From: Lama glama
Taxonomy: Eukaryota
Reading direction: 5' to 3'
Assembly: GCA_028534125.1 (NCBI GenBank)
Contig: CM052816.1
Location: 34,040,001 to 34,104,000, forward strand
Length of the DNA stretch: 64,000 nucleotides
Shown: positions 1 to 14,056 of the stretch, one piece after another
Layout of the letters: each line of letters starts with the position of its first letter
How positions within the stretch are numbered: position 1 is the stretch's first letter
The notes under the pieces: generated by a model
What the model was told of the DNA's origin: nothing
What the model saw: only the letters and a program-made list of their open reading frames with translations
The model's database searches: none
Program-made: the position numbers and the translations under genes

Positions 1-520
1 AGATCTCTGTCTGCCATCCTGTTCCTTTTACCTAAAGGACTTCCTTTTACGTTTCTTATGATGTAAAATATGCAAGCCTGCTGATAATGAATTCTTTAAA
101 TTTTTATAAATTTGAAAAAGTGTTTACTTTGCCTTAAATTTTTAAAGAGATTTTCTGTGAGTAAAGAATTCTATATTGATAGGGTTTTGTTTTGTTCTGG
201 TTTTTTTATTTCAGTATTAACGATATTGCTCTATGATCTTCTGTCTTCCATTATTTTCTGTCTTACTAGTGCTATAATATATAATTATAGGTAAAATCTG
301 TTATTGTTATCTTTGCCTCTTTGTACATACTGTGTATTTTTTCTTTGCTTGTAATTTTTTTTCTGTCACCTCTGTGCAGTAATTTCATTATGATATGCCT
401 GGGTGAAAGTTTCTGTATGTTTCTTTGCTTAGGGTTAGTTGAGCTTATTAGATCTCTGGATTGGTAGTTTTAAGCAATCTTCAAAAAAATCTGGCCATTA
501 TTTCTTCATTTTTTTTTGTT
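1..520 (-). mobile_element. Ancient L1 (L1M-type) ORF1-region fragment
   Basis: T-rich antisense L1 phrases such as 'ttatgatatgcctgggtg' and 'ggccattatttcttca'. Confidence 0.65.
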
Positions 521-859
521 TCCCCCTATCATGGTATTCTATCATGGTATTCTATTTTTGTTAATCTATTTTTAAAAATTTGGTCTGTAAGAGTTATATT
601 AGAGAGTGATCTACTTGCATGCATTGATACAACTCGCTCTGTCTCAGAGTCTGTAAGGGGAGTTACTAGGTTTTCTCAGGCAATACCCAGTCTCTCCACA
701 AATGCCCTTCTATATAAATAGCAGTATTTAAAATGTAAATAAATAGCTTTTTATTCTACATATTTGAGATTATTTTGTACATATAATTTTGTAATTTGCT
801 CTCTTCAGTTATTTATATAATGTGAAGTTTTTTTTTTTTGCCAACTCATTAAATCTCTC

Positions 860-955
860 TATAATGAAAATGTCATGAGAGCAGGGATCTTCTGTCCTAT
901 TCTTTGCTGTATTCCACTACTAGAGCAGAAAGTGATGCATGGCAGATACTCAGGG
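860..955 (+). mobile_element. L2 3'-end fragment
   Basis: 'catgagagcagggatcttctgtcctattctttgctgtattcc...ggcagatactca' resembles the L2 3' terminus. Confidence 0.6.
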
Positions 956-2539
956 AGTATTCAGGGGGAAAAAAAAAAGAAAGTATTCAGGGGGAAAGTC
1001 AATAAGTGAACTCTTAGTTTTTGTAATCAATAGATAGTATTGAGTACATATTGCATACAGGAGTCATAGCTAATTTAATAGGTTCTCTATCGTTGGTCAT
1101 TTAGTTTCCGAATGTTTTACTTTTATTAGCAATGCAGTGATGAGTAAACTTGTAGATACACGGTTGGGCACATTTTTTTGTTTATATAGTTCAAGGTCCT
1201 AAATTAGTGGTTATGTACATGTGTTAAATTTTTAGAATTGTCAGATTGCAAAAGCACAATTTAAATGTTTGTGTACCAAAATAATAAGATGATAGTCTAG
1301 ACAGAAGATTAAAATTGAAGTCTTAAATTAAAATAAATTAATGGTACACTAGGGAGAATAAGAAAATAATATTCTGTTATGTTCAGACTCTGATAGTGAA
1401 TCTGGGCCCATCTAAACTATTAGGCAGCCTGACTTCAGGGCGGGTAAAGGGATGGGGTTCCAGACCACCCTTTCATGAACGCTGCCTTGTCTTTGATGTT
1501 AACCACCAATCCCAGATGACACTGATGGAATGGCTTCAGAAGTTGAATGTGACATCTTTGTCAGGTAGAGGTCCCAGTGACAAATAGAAAGCTGGACATA
1601 ACCACAGCTCCGAGGAACTTCCTGTTTGATGCCTCACTGATACAATATTTTATCAAGACAGCTTCCCCAGCAGGCTGATCTTCTTGACCTGGTTTTCCCT
1701 GTCTTTGTCTCTTAGTATATTCATTTGACAGTGTGCTAATGCAGTTTCAGAAAGACAAGACAGCTTTTCACTCTGCATCTACATTGAAAATCTTTGGCTT
1801 TTGGTAGTGCTTTTCTTGTGTGATTTGTCAGATAGCCTCAGTTTTCTTCAGGCTTACAAAGATGTACTTACTGACTTAGGGAAGCCAGTCCCAGGCTTTG
1901 GCTGGCATCCTGCGTGAGCGGTACCAGGGCAGGCATGAGCACGCTCTGCTTTTCACTTGCCATCTCAAGGTCCTGGGCAAACATCTGCAGTTTAGTTATC
2001 TGGAAGCAAGGAATTTTATAGTAGGTTTATGATGTATAACACAGTAAGTTCATGGTATATATAAGTTTCATTCCCAGGTGTTTCCAAATGCTGTGGTGAT
2101 TCATATGATCTCAGTTTGTCTTTTGTTCTTTTTGTATGGAATGATTTTTCTTGTTATTAAAGATGATGCTTTTTTAAATATGAGAATCGTATATCCTCTG
2201 ACTGGTGCTTTGTAGTACACCTGAATACATTTGAGCTTAAAGGTCATACCATATGCTAGCAGAGCTAGACTCCTAGGCATCCATTGTATTTGTGGCATTC
2301 TTCCATTTGCAGCCACCTGCCAATTAACGGCGTTCTGAGCAAACTGGCAGCGTAAGTCCAGATCCCAGACTTAGTCGGTCACTTGGTGGCTCCCCCTGTC
2401 TTGCAGTTTGCCCCTTGCTCTTCTCTCCTTTACTTTTCAGCCAGCACAAACAGTCTCAAGGTGCTGACTCAAGCAGTGAACAGTGAGATATCGTTGTTTA
2501 GTAGAAACATTATAAGACTATTTCTTGTGTAGCTTATGT

Positions 2540-3270
2540 TCATTTTTCACTCGTTTGATAAATATTTATTGGGCATTACAACTTGGCCGGCATTGTACTC
2601 TGCCGATAGAGACTGAACAGACATGTCCCTTCTTTATGACTCTTTTAATGGGGGGATAAAATAGCTATATTCTCAAGAGTTCAGTGTATGATAAGTGCTG
2701 TGAATAAAGTTCAAGTAATGGCCTGAAAAGTTAGGCAGACTGTGACTTCCTTCCTTTGTAGGATGGCCAGGAAAGGCTTCTCAGAGGAGGAAAGGTTTGA
2801 GCTGAGACCTCGATGATTAAGAGAGACAGCTGTTGAGTCCCTGGATGATCATGATTTTGGGTAGCAAGCACACAGGCCCTGGCCTGTGTAAAGGGCAGAA
2901 GGAAGGCCAGAGTGGCTGGGGAACACGGAGGCAAGTGGAGATTCAGGGAGGTCATGGGGGAGGGAAGGACTGGAGAGCAGGTGAAATGCAACAGTGGGTC
3001 TGGAGAGGGAAGGAGTCCTGGAGTTAGAGAAGAGTGTACAAAGTAGGAACAACAGTACATACTAATGAATTGGAGATGCAGAAAACTTGGGGGGAAAGGG
3101 TCTTAGGAGTAAGTCTTGTGTATGTGACCTCAGCAACAGGAAGAATTTTGTCATTTAACTAAAATAAGAAAGGTTTAGAATGAGATCAAAGGAAAAGATA
3201 GGACTAAACAGGCAAAAGTAACATGCTTGGGACATACAAAGTTTAAGATATCTAATAAACATGCAATTAT
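2540..3270 (-). mobile_element. L2 fragment
   Basis: Typical antisense L2 motifs: 'aaatatttattggg', 'ggaaaggcttctcagaggagg...tttgagctgagacc', 'gggacatacaaagtttaagatatc'. Confidence 0.7.
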
Positions 3271-3369
3271 GGTATGTATAGTAGCATTTGTGTGTATGTG
3301 TGTCTTAAGTGGCAAAGTGACCTTAAAGATAATTTTTAAAATATCTAGTGCAAATATTTTGGGGGTTAA

Positions 3370-4545
3370 ATTTTTGTTATGATATAATTTCAAATATAAA
3401 AAAAACCCTGCAAGAGTAGTACAAAGGGCCCCCATATACCCTTTTTCCAGAATAACAAACTATTAGCATTTTGCTGCATTTATCATTCAACCTCCATCTA
3501 TTTATCCATCAGTCTGTTCGCACACATACACATTTTTATTAAACCATTTGAGAGTAAATTTCAGACATCATGCCCCTTTATCCCTAAATACTTCAGTGTA
3601 TTTCCCCAAACAAGAATATTCCATTATATAGACATAGAACAATTATCAAAATCAAGAAATTGAAACTGATATAATGTTATTTTATAATTCAAAGTTCATA
3701 TTCAGATTTTTCCAACTGTCCTGATAATTCTTTCATAGCTATTTTTTTCCCCTAGATCCAGGATCCAGTCCCTGATCACACATTGCATTTGACTGTCACG
3801 TCTCTCTTGTCTCATTTCATCTGGAGCCATTCTTTGTTTCTTTATCTTACCGTTTTACAGACTACAGGAAATTATATTGTAAAAAACCAAATTCAACCTG
3901 AGTTTAATTTTTCATCATGATTAGATTCAGGTTATTTATCTTCGACAAGAATAGCACAGCAGTGATGTGTCTTCCTCGTCTCCTCGCTGTATCATATCAA
4001 GGATGGTATTAGTTTATTCGATTATTAGTGATTTTCATCTCTTGGTTAACAGAGTGTCTTTCTTCACCAGAGAGTTATGCTAGATTCATTAGTAATTAGT
4101 TAATTTATGGGGAAATATTTTGATACTATCTAAATGTCTTGTTTCTCATTAAACTTTTACCCACTAGTTTCAGAATCCATTGATATTTCTTGCATAACTA
4201 TGATGGTTGCAAAATTGTGATTTTTCTACCTTTATCATTTCAACTACATTTGAGTAAACATTTTTCCAAAAATGCCTTCCCCTCTTCCTTGTTTATTTAT
4301 TTCACTGTGGTTTCATTGATTCTTATTTTTTCAATCAGTTTTAATCTATTCTTCTCATGACTTACTTGGTCTCATATACTGCCAATGGGAGTCCCTTCAG
4401 TCAGGCTCCTGTGTCATTTTGATACGTCCCAACCTTTTGTAAAATGCTCTCATTTTACATTTTTCCTGCCCCAATTCTAAAGTCAAACATTTCTTCAAGG
4501 AACCTTGTTTTCTTTTAGTGGAAAGTGGTATTTAGAAACCATTAA
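3370..4545 (-). mobile_element. L1MC4/L1MC5-like 3' UTR fragment
   Basis: 'aaaccatttgagagtaaatttcagacatcatgcccctttatccctaaatacttcagtgtatttcc' and 'catttcttcaaggaaccttgttttcttttagtggaaagtggtatttagaaacc' resemble the L1MC4/5 consensus. Confidence 0.75.
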
Positions 4546-5539
4546 GAAATCAAGGTGTCTCACCAAGACAAGTACTCTGAGAAGTATTTGGGAGTCCCAT
4601 TTCACAGCTACTTATTTTTAATATCAATGGCAGGTAGTCATAAGCTGGTAATATTTTTAACTCACTAATACCAGGCAAAGGTAGGACTTATTCCTAAGAT
4701 TTAAAAACCTTTGATTTTGTATTTTTAAGCTCAAACTCAGTGCTATGTGTTTTAAAGCTCTCTGCACGTTTGACCTTAAGAGACTTCAGCCTGCTAATGG
4801 ATCAAAGAATAAAACTTCAGTGCAAATAAGAATTGGTTCATGTAGTCTAAAGAGAGTTCTACCTTGATCAGGAGAGAAAAAATGCTACTGATACAGTTGA
4901 GAGTAGGGGAAAGTTGAGATTTCCAAGGCGATAACATTAAGTGTGGTCTTTAATAGCAATACTTCCTACAGGTACTTTTTAAACAAAATAACAAGGCTGG
5001 AAAAGAAATGTGCCTAGATCAGTTTCTGCAAATGCCATCAAGTGGTTTTGTCTCCTTAAAGGTGAATGATGATCATCTCCCTAAATTAACTGTATTACCC
5101 TCAAAAAGATACTAATTTTGATTGGATGCAAAACGTAAGACAAAGGGGGAAAAAAGAAGTCAGTAGACTATAATTGTATTGTTTCATATTAGATGAAACT
5201 TTACGCAAGTCAGTTAAGCAAATATTTATGTTGAGTCTTTTACATATAAGACTTCTAAGCAAGCTACAGTTAGTTCATATTTTAAGCCCCAGAGCATGCC
5301 ATCATCCCTAACTGCTCTAAACACATAGGATGGATATAAAAATAGGTTTTAAAATTAAAAATTTATAGTCATACAAAAAAGCGAGAAAAGCATATTCATA
5401 AATCAGAACTGTAAAAGAAATGAAGAGTGAGTGAGGCTCAGCATGGCAGAGACATTCACAGGTTCAGCTGCAGTGGGGTGTGTAAAAGCACCCCACATGA
5501 GTTGGGGGACATAGCCAGGCTCACCACCACAGAGCTGTA

Positions 5540-6800
5540 ATAGGAATTGGGAGGTGTTACTTTTGTGAAGAGTTTCTGCAGAACAGGCATTATTTCTTCC
5601 TTAAAAGTTTGGGAGAATTAATCAGAATTCATTGGGCTTGGTATTTTCTTTCTTGGGAGGAATTTAACTATGAATTCGATTCCTTTATATTTATTAGAGT
5701 AGTCATGTTATACTCATTTCTTCTTGAATATACTTTGATAGCTTTTGCCTTTCAAAGAATTTGCCTTTCGCATCTAAGCTGTTGAATTTATGGGCATTAT
5801 ATTGTAATATTTTATTATTAGCTTTTTAATGGTTACAGGATCTGCAATGGTTTCCGTTTTCACTCTGATGTTACTAATTTGTATCTTCCATTTGTGTTTA
5901 GTGAGTGTGGCTAGAGGTTTATCATTTTTACTGATCTTTGCAAAGAACAAGCATTTGGTTTCCATTTACTCTGTTATCATATCTGCTTTTAATTTCATTG
6001 ATTACTGAGCTTATATTATTATACTTTACCTCTTAGGGCTTAATTTGCTTTTCTTTTATCAGTTTCTTACAGTGGAAACTCAGATCATCAATTTGAGACT
6101 TTCTTTGCTTTCAAATATAAATATTTAATGTTAGACATTTCCCTCTAAGCACTGCTTTAACTGCATTCCACACATCTTGTTTTTATTTTTATTTTTTTCA
6201 ATTTAAAATATTTTCTAATTTCCTATGTGACTTCCTCTTTGGCTCATGCATTATTTAGAAGTATATGGTTCAATTCCTAGCATTTGGAGCTTTTCCAGAT
6301 ATCTTTGTTACTCTTCTAATTTAAGCTTTTGTTTATAGTCTTAGAATAAATGTCTTAAGATTTTTATTATCTTAAATGTGTTATGATTTGATTTATGGCT
6401 CAGAATACTGTCTATCTTGGTGAATAGTCCATGTGTACTTGAAAATAATTCATATTCTGCTGTTAGTTGGAATGTTCTATAATGTTAATTACTCAAAGTT
6501 GACTGATAGGGCTGTTTCAGGCTCTGATACCCTTATTGATTTTCTGTCTACTTGTTATATTAATTGCTGAAAGAGAACTGTTGAAGTATCCAAGTATTAT
6601 GTATATATACTTCAAATCCAAATTATGGATTTGTCTATTTCTCTTTTCAGTTCCATTATTTTTTGCTTCATGTATTCTCAAGCACAGTTTTTAGGTCCAC
6701 ACACATTTAGGATTGCCTTTTATTCTCAGTGATTTTTCCATCATTTTACACTGTTGTTTCTAGCCCTGGTAATATGCTTTGTTCTGAAGTCTATGTCACA
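5540..6800 (-). mobile_element. Ancient L1 ORF2 fragment (EN-linker region)
   Basis: Minus-strand ORF 5774-5965 (ETKCLFFAKISKNDKPLATL...IKKLIIKYY) resembles L1 ORF2p 'ETKSWFFEKINKIDRPLARL...IREYY'. Confidence 0.85.
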
Positions 6801-9289
6801 CTGCCTAAGGAGTTTATGTTTTATATAACACTGGCCTTAATTTCTTGGCTTATAGAATTAAACTTGAGCTTTGATTGTTACAAAGTGAAATGGTATAAGA
6901 ATTGAGCAGGCTGACTACAATGAATAACTCAGGTGAGGAAACCACCACTTAGTTAGTTCAGACAAGGAAATAGAGGCGCAAATGAGAGGCTGAGACAAGG
7001 GAACTGAAGCCCCGAGAGGCTGTATCACACCCAGGTAGTTAGTGGCAGAGCCAGCTAATGTCCTTACCTTGGGTAATCTCTAGTTCCACTCAAACTGAAA
7101 ACATTTTGCCAGTGAATTTGCTCTGAATGAGCACCTTATTACCTAATAGTTCTAAAGTTAAACAGTAGAGATTTAAGGTCAGGTACCTTATTCCTGAGGT
7201 CGTCAGAACGGGGAATCCACTTCTCTTTGGTAACACATTAGAGGGTACAGCTCCTTGTGCTGCAAGGAAGTAGATGGAAAGAAGTTGTAAAGTCATTTTC
7301 CACAATCTAAGATGAAACTGTTGACAACGCACAGCATTTTCTCATGACATCAATCACTATGTGATAGGAATGTGACCCTCAAAATCAGCTCTAGTTTTTG
7401 GTGCAGTGGCTGCATGGATTAGCTATTACTTTCTGATTTTCCAGGTGCTTCACTAAAAGGCTGTCTTTTAAGCACCTCACACACTGAAAAGAGTGTATGC
7501 ATGAATTCAGGTACAATGCTTTACATTATATTTGGAATTGAACACTGCCCTTTATCACTTTTGCAGGAGAAGTTATGATTGACAAGCTCATTTGGCATTA
7601 AGTCATTTGTAGATTGCTCCTCTATTTGTTCTTACAAATGTCTTTCCTCCTAAATAGATTAATACAGAAAATAAAAACACTAGGCTGTATACTGGGAAAT
7701 TCCTTTGCTGAAATATCTTTTCATCCTCTGCCCTTTCCTCCATTTGCTTTTATTCAAATTGCTACAGGAATCTTGAGATTTTTATAGCTGTCCCTTTTAA
7801 GATACATTTTCAGAATTTGCTCAGAGAAGATTTGATGGAATCTAAATTCAGTCTCAGTAGGAGAATCGTAATTTGCATCTCTTCATGGGTTGTCGTGGCC
7901 TAAATTGATCTACACTGACCTGGTTCATTTTAAATCAATTCAAGATTTTTCTGTGTGCACACGGAACCGACTACTCCCTGTACTTGAGATGCTGCAAAAT
8001 CAATCCCAGGGAAATTTAAGCAATCTGGATGGGTTCTGCAAATAAAAGTGTCCTGTGCTGTACTTTTCAAAACTGAGAAGGGCACTGAGGTGAAACTAAG
8101 AGGCTGGAAGAGTCTAACCAGCTAACTAGTCAAAAATTGTTCCAGTTGTCTGTGGTACAAAATACATTCTGTCCCACCTAATGTCTAATTAGTACTTTGT
8201 TTACCATGTGAAGTGATTGCTATAAAATCACTTCAAACAATATTTTATTGTATTTCTTTAAAGTATACTGAATATTTTTGTGGCAAGATGCACAATTGCT
8301 GTCCTAAGACAATTCTAAAGGTTGTACCAGGTTATTTCTTAAAGCCAAGATTCTGTAGGCAGATCTACTTAGAAGTGAGAGGTTTAAAAAAAAAAAAAAG
8401 GCAATCTAAATTGAGTAAGGGTCTATGATAGTTTGCTAGAACACGCTGTGCTATTTTAGCCAGAGTCAACAAAAATAGCCGTTGGAATTTCTCTATTTTA
8501 GCACTTGCTTGTAAACAAATTTTCCCTTAAGTAAACTGCTGAACTATAAGGAGATAATGATTATAGTTCTTTTTGTATTTAGAAAAAGATCTCATACCTG
8601 GAAATATATTACATTACTGAGCTTTTAAAATACCAAATGTACAATAAATGCTGTTTATAAATACTTATATTATTTATTATTCATACTTAAGATTATCAGG
8701 AAAGTAAAGGACTGTACGAGTTCTTAGAAGGGGAAGAAAACCTCTTGCTGGAAGGAATTAGGAAATTAATTGACAGTAAGTCACTTAAGTTAGGCCTTAA
8801 CAAGGAAATAGATTTTGCACATGGGAAAAAAAAATTCTATGTGAAAAAAAACAGTATAAACAAATTCATTGAAGCAGAGGATTATGGAAATTTCTGAAAA
8901 CCAGTGACTAGGGAAGATTTAGACACTAAACAAGGAAGAAGTGCAAGATAAAGTAAAATATGACTGCTGTGGCCAGATGATGGGGCCACTGCAAAACCCA
9001 CCCAACTTCCCTTTTTATGCTGTGAGGAACCATCAGAGTGTTAGGGCTATTGGAACACATCATAAAATAACAGGACTTAGTCACAAAAGCAACATCTCAA
9101 AGGCATAATTTTAGGGTGTATTTAACTTCAGGAAAATATGCTATGTTCTAGAGATAGAATTAAGGGGAGTGTCCTAGTTCTCAAGGAGTTTTGAGTTTAA
9201 GGGAAGACGTAGGTGAGTAAGTAAAAAGCATACGAATTACAGGTTGAATGCTTCTCTTATAGACAATTACAGAGGGCTAAGCAAGTGGA

Positions 9290-9640
9290 GGAGAAAAGGG
9301 TAATTCTAGCTCCAGAAACAAATCCAGAGTTAGCAGTGGCTTAACACAGTAAATAAGTGTTTATTTCTTGTCCCATCACAGCCAAATATGGTGTTTCTTC
9401 TCTGATGCATACTTTGTGGTCATTCAGGACCTAGGTTCTTTGATTTTGCAGTTCTACCCTCCCCTGGGTCCTCTGAGTCACTTGTATGTGTGAGGATAAT
9501 CGAGGGAGGCATATTCACCTAACTCACTCAGCTCCAAAGGTTCATATTTACTCCATGGATGAGAACTAATGGAAATGGAAATGTGGTCTGTGTGTCTGAG
9601 ACAATACAGTGGAGTCTTTGCCCCAAGAACACATCTGACT
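9290..9640 (-). mobile_element. MaLR LTR (MLT1J/K-like)
   Basis: 'cagtggcttaacacagt...gtttatttcttgtc...gtcattcaggacctaggttc'. Confidence 0.6.
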
Positions 9641-10939
9641 ATGGGGTAGGGATGGGTAGACCCAGGAATGATGGAAAGCACTGGTATAGTTGTATTTGGT
9701 TGCTTACATCTAGCATTTGTTCTGATCAGCTAGGAGCTATCTGATGCCTGTTCTGATGGGCTGGTGCTCATGTTATTCAGTTGTTAAATATTTTGATTAA
9801 TTTCCACAGTTTATCTGCACTTGTGCTAAACCTGGAAGAGTGAGGATGAATCCAAGAGACCTACTTTTTAGCAAGACTGAACTAGCAAAAGGTTATATGA
9901 TGCACCAAAGTATTGAGATTTGGAGGTAATAAGATAATTTAGGAGGCTGTTTCAAAAGTTCAGTTGAGAGTTATAAAACATGACCAGAGAGTAGACAGTA
10001 GAGATGAAGACTAGGCAGAAAACTGAAAACACAGCTTCAAGCAGTCACTTGGATGTGGGAAGCAAACGAGGGAGAAGAGTAAAGTAACTCACTAACTAAC
10101 TAACTAACCAAACAACCAAGTACGATAAGCCAAAGATGTTGAGTCTAGATAGTAGTGCATTTACCAAAATAGAGAACAAAGAGGGACACATTTTAGAAGG
10201 ATTCGTTAGATTATTACCCTTTTGAAGGCAAGAATCTGCTTTGTAATCCCAGAGCGTCATACAGAGATGAGCACATAGTAGGTGCTCCATCAATATTCAT
10301 TTAATTAATGACGAAGGGAAAAAAACTACTTCAGTTTTAGATATAGCAAGTTTTTGGTGTCACAAAGATGTTCAGGTGAAGATGCCCACCAAGTAGCTGC
10401 AGAGGTGGGAGAAGGGTATGGAGGTAGGAAAAACCTCCCAGGGAAAGGCAGTAATTGAATCTACATCATTATAATGAACGAAGTGACAGCAAGTAGAGAA
10501 GACTGTGGAACAATCCCTATGGGTAGAGGGGAGGAAAACTGAAGAAGGCACAACTACAGAGGGAAGAGGAGAATTGGAAAGAAAGAATGCCTCAGAAACA
10601 ACAGAGCAATTTTAAAAGGGGGTAGTTAGGCATATTCAGTGACATGTTAAGAACAAAGAAACATTTTTATTTCACAATTAGAGGTTAAAAACCAATTATG
10701 TATTTTTTATTCTATAGATGGTTTTCTTTCATTCACTTTTGATTCTAAAATTTTATAGACATGAAAACACAACAGTATGTATCATGGAAGTACAAATCGT
10801 CTATGATCATATCTCCTTGAAATAACTGCTGTTGAATTTGGCATATTTCCTTTCATTTATTTTAAATATATGGAAGTAGTCAGTGGAAAATGCATCAGTT
10901 GTCAAATGCACCATTTGTCGATATAAAATTACCCTCTTA

Positions 10940-12550
10940 GAACTGTTTAATGATTTTTGCCTCAAATTCTACTTTGTCTGAAAATTGTGGTGCAGCTCCG
11001 GATACTTTAATGTTTGATTTTTCCTAACAAATCATTTTCATTCCTTTTCTCTTTTAAGTTTAACATCATTTTGTTTCAACAGTCTCTTGTAAGCTCTATT
11101 TAGTTTAATTTGTCCTTTGGCTTCTAGGGAATTAGTGGCATTTACTTTTATTATTACAATTTATGTGTCTTCTCTCTTTGTTTTATATGTGGTTTTTGTA
11201 TGACTGTGTTTACTGTTTTTTTTTTTAATTTAGAATTTTTTTGATTTACCCCCGTGATTAGTAAGGCATGTATTCTAATTACACATTTCTCAAAAAAATT
11301 GTGTCAAAGATGATCAAAATCAATAATAAAATGTTTTGCATCATATCCTCCTTTTGATCATTTCCCCACTCTATATAAAAGGGAGAGTATGACACAATTT
11401 TACTTCTTTTCACTCCATTTTCTCATATTTTAAAACTATAATGTAGTTTAGGATCTATATAATACTATTAAATTTATTAAATATATTATTTGCTCTTTAG
11501 GCAAGATCCTATTTTTTACCTATTTTTTGTTACTTTCCTAACAAAGTTTAAAACTATTATTTAGAATATATTTATGTTTAGTTTGATTAAATGTTCAGGG
11601 CTAGTCCTTGGCTAGATGTCAGTCTCTGGAACGACTTAAAAGATCATTGTCCTCAGAGTTTTGAGTCTAATGGCTTTCTCTCAATACTATTACTCATTCT
11701 TGCTCTCTATTTTGGTTAAAAGCACTACCAAACATTGAGTTCCCACCATAATTAATCTCCTAATTTAAATACTTTACAGAAAGTATAAAGTATAGGAAGT
11801 ATAAAGGAGGAATTTATTCTTAATAATTAAAAATCTGGGGGAGCAAAATCAATTCTTTTACCATTTTTATGTTACAGGGGAGAAATCCAAGGCTGGTTTT
11901 ACTTACATTTACTTGTTTTTCTGTCTCAATATTTGTAGAATTTTGCTTTTATCCTTGCAGTTTATTTATTTATTTTTTCTTGAGTCTCAAAAATTTTATT
12001 TTTTTAACTACTATGGAAAATCACTTCAATACACATACTTAGACCATTTATCAGCTTCATAATAGTTTTCCTTGGTCATATCTTTGAATAATGCTTCTAT
12101 TCCAATTTTTCTGAGTTTTAAAATCGGTAATTCTTGGGTTGAATAACATTTTATTTATTCCACTTTAGTTATCTCTTGCCTCTATTTTCATTTTATATTT
12201 TCCCCTTTGGAAATCTTGAATTGACAATAACCAATTAGCTGGTGAATTACATAACACTGATGTATTTTTTTTATAACATCTGTTTCATTTTGTAACTGCT
12301 TTTGCTGTGTATCAGTATTTTGCAATGGCACTTTATGTTTTCATACCATTCTTCCTCATCTCACTTTTTCTTTCTGACTTTTCTATTCTTACGACTTTCA
12401 GCTCTTATTTTATAGATATTAGATCTTGTATCCTTTTTGAGTGCCAAGTAGTTTTCTATGTCTCCTTTCAGATTCCTGCAGCAAATAATTTATTTAAGCC
12501 TGTTTTCTTCTGGATATGGGATGATGTATCATTCTTTTTACCTTTCAATA
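10940..12550 (-). mobile_element. Very old L1ME/HAL1-like fragment
   Basis: Long T-rich degenerate L1-like tract ('tttgcctcaaattctactttgtctga', 'gctttatccttg'-like phrases). Confidence 0.5.
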
Positions 12551-14056
12551 ATTCAGAGATTCTTTTGGAAGTTCTCGTCTACCTTCCATGGGTTGAAAAG
12601 AGCTCCATGTAAGACTGGTGACTGCAAACAGACAGGATTTACAGATTGCCGTTGTGTCCCTCTCTGTACACGTGCACACCAGTAGAAGCCCTAAGACCCA
12701 CAGCTTGGTAGCACACTGATAACCATAATGCCTAGTGTGGTTCCCAGTGTCTGGTAGGCTTTTATCTAACGTGGCTATACTGGAATGTGAAAAGATTATT
12801 TTTCTATCCATTCTTCCTGGATCTCAGATCTCTAAACAGTGCTATTATTCTCAGGCTGTTTGGAAAACAGGGCCCTTCCTAAATCTGCAAGATTCTCCTC
12901 CTCTCGCAGCAGAATTTCACTTGTAGTAAGTAATCTTTGTAGGATACAATATAATGTCTGCCCATCATTTTAAAAGTACTTTTTATGACCTCTAGAAGCT
13001 AACTGTATGTTTGGGAGACCTGATATGGGGAAGGGAAAAGTGGCCCTCTAAGTGCTACAGAAACCAGGACTTGTGTTGATGGTTGGTAAAAATCTTGGGA
13101 ACAAATCGTTACAGAATGAGGACTGTTTGCTTACATGTGAGCATTTCATCCATTTCTGTTGGAAGAGTACTGGTGGGTCCCTAATTCCATTTTGAAATCC
13201 AGTTCCAATGACTCCTATATTACTAAAGATTGCTTCCTAATACCTGCAGATTCTGGGTTATGTTCTACTTTTCAGCATGCTCCACTGGTCAAATCCCAAT
13301 CAAGAATGTGTTATAATGGACAAGACTAAGAGTGTTATTGTAGGGATACTGCAAACCTAGAACTAGAATATTTTAAAAGTATGAATAATTTCCAGAATTT
13401 GGTCCTTAGCTATTATTAACAATAATTTGTAATATACCTCACGATTATGGAATCATGCTAGCATGTCAACAAATCATAGTTGAGAACTTCTGGAATAAAA
13501 CACTAGTGGGATATTAATATTTAGGCATTCTCAGTAGTTTAGCTTCAAGCCTGAAGTCCTAAGCCATTCTGTCCTCTAACCAGCAACAGTTCAGAAGCAG
13601 AAAAGACATTAGCCCACTCCCAAATCTGTATAGTTGCCATGACAATCAATTGCTCCTCTGGTAAGATAACTCTTCCAATCTTTCATATTCTCTGTCACTA
13701 TTCTGTTTCAATAACTCTTGAAATGGTCCCACATCATTAAGTATTTCTTGTTCAATCTGCACAACTGTCAGAGTAGTACCTTTGAAACAAAATTCTGACC
13801 ATACTATTTCACTGCCTAAAAGCTTTCAAAGACTGCAGGGATGTTGTACTGAATAAAGGTAATGTCTTCATGCAGTGCAAATTGAGAGCCCCTATTTTCC
13901 GTCTCCTTTGCTTCCACTTTCCCCCTTTTCCTCCTCTCCCTGGAAGCTAGAATGACACACCCCAGTAGGAGACTGTCCAGTGTCTCTGTCTGGAATATAA
14001 GGAAAGACCTATAGATACTGATGTTTGGGGGTTCCCCAAGGAAATATCTCCATAAC

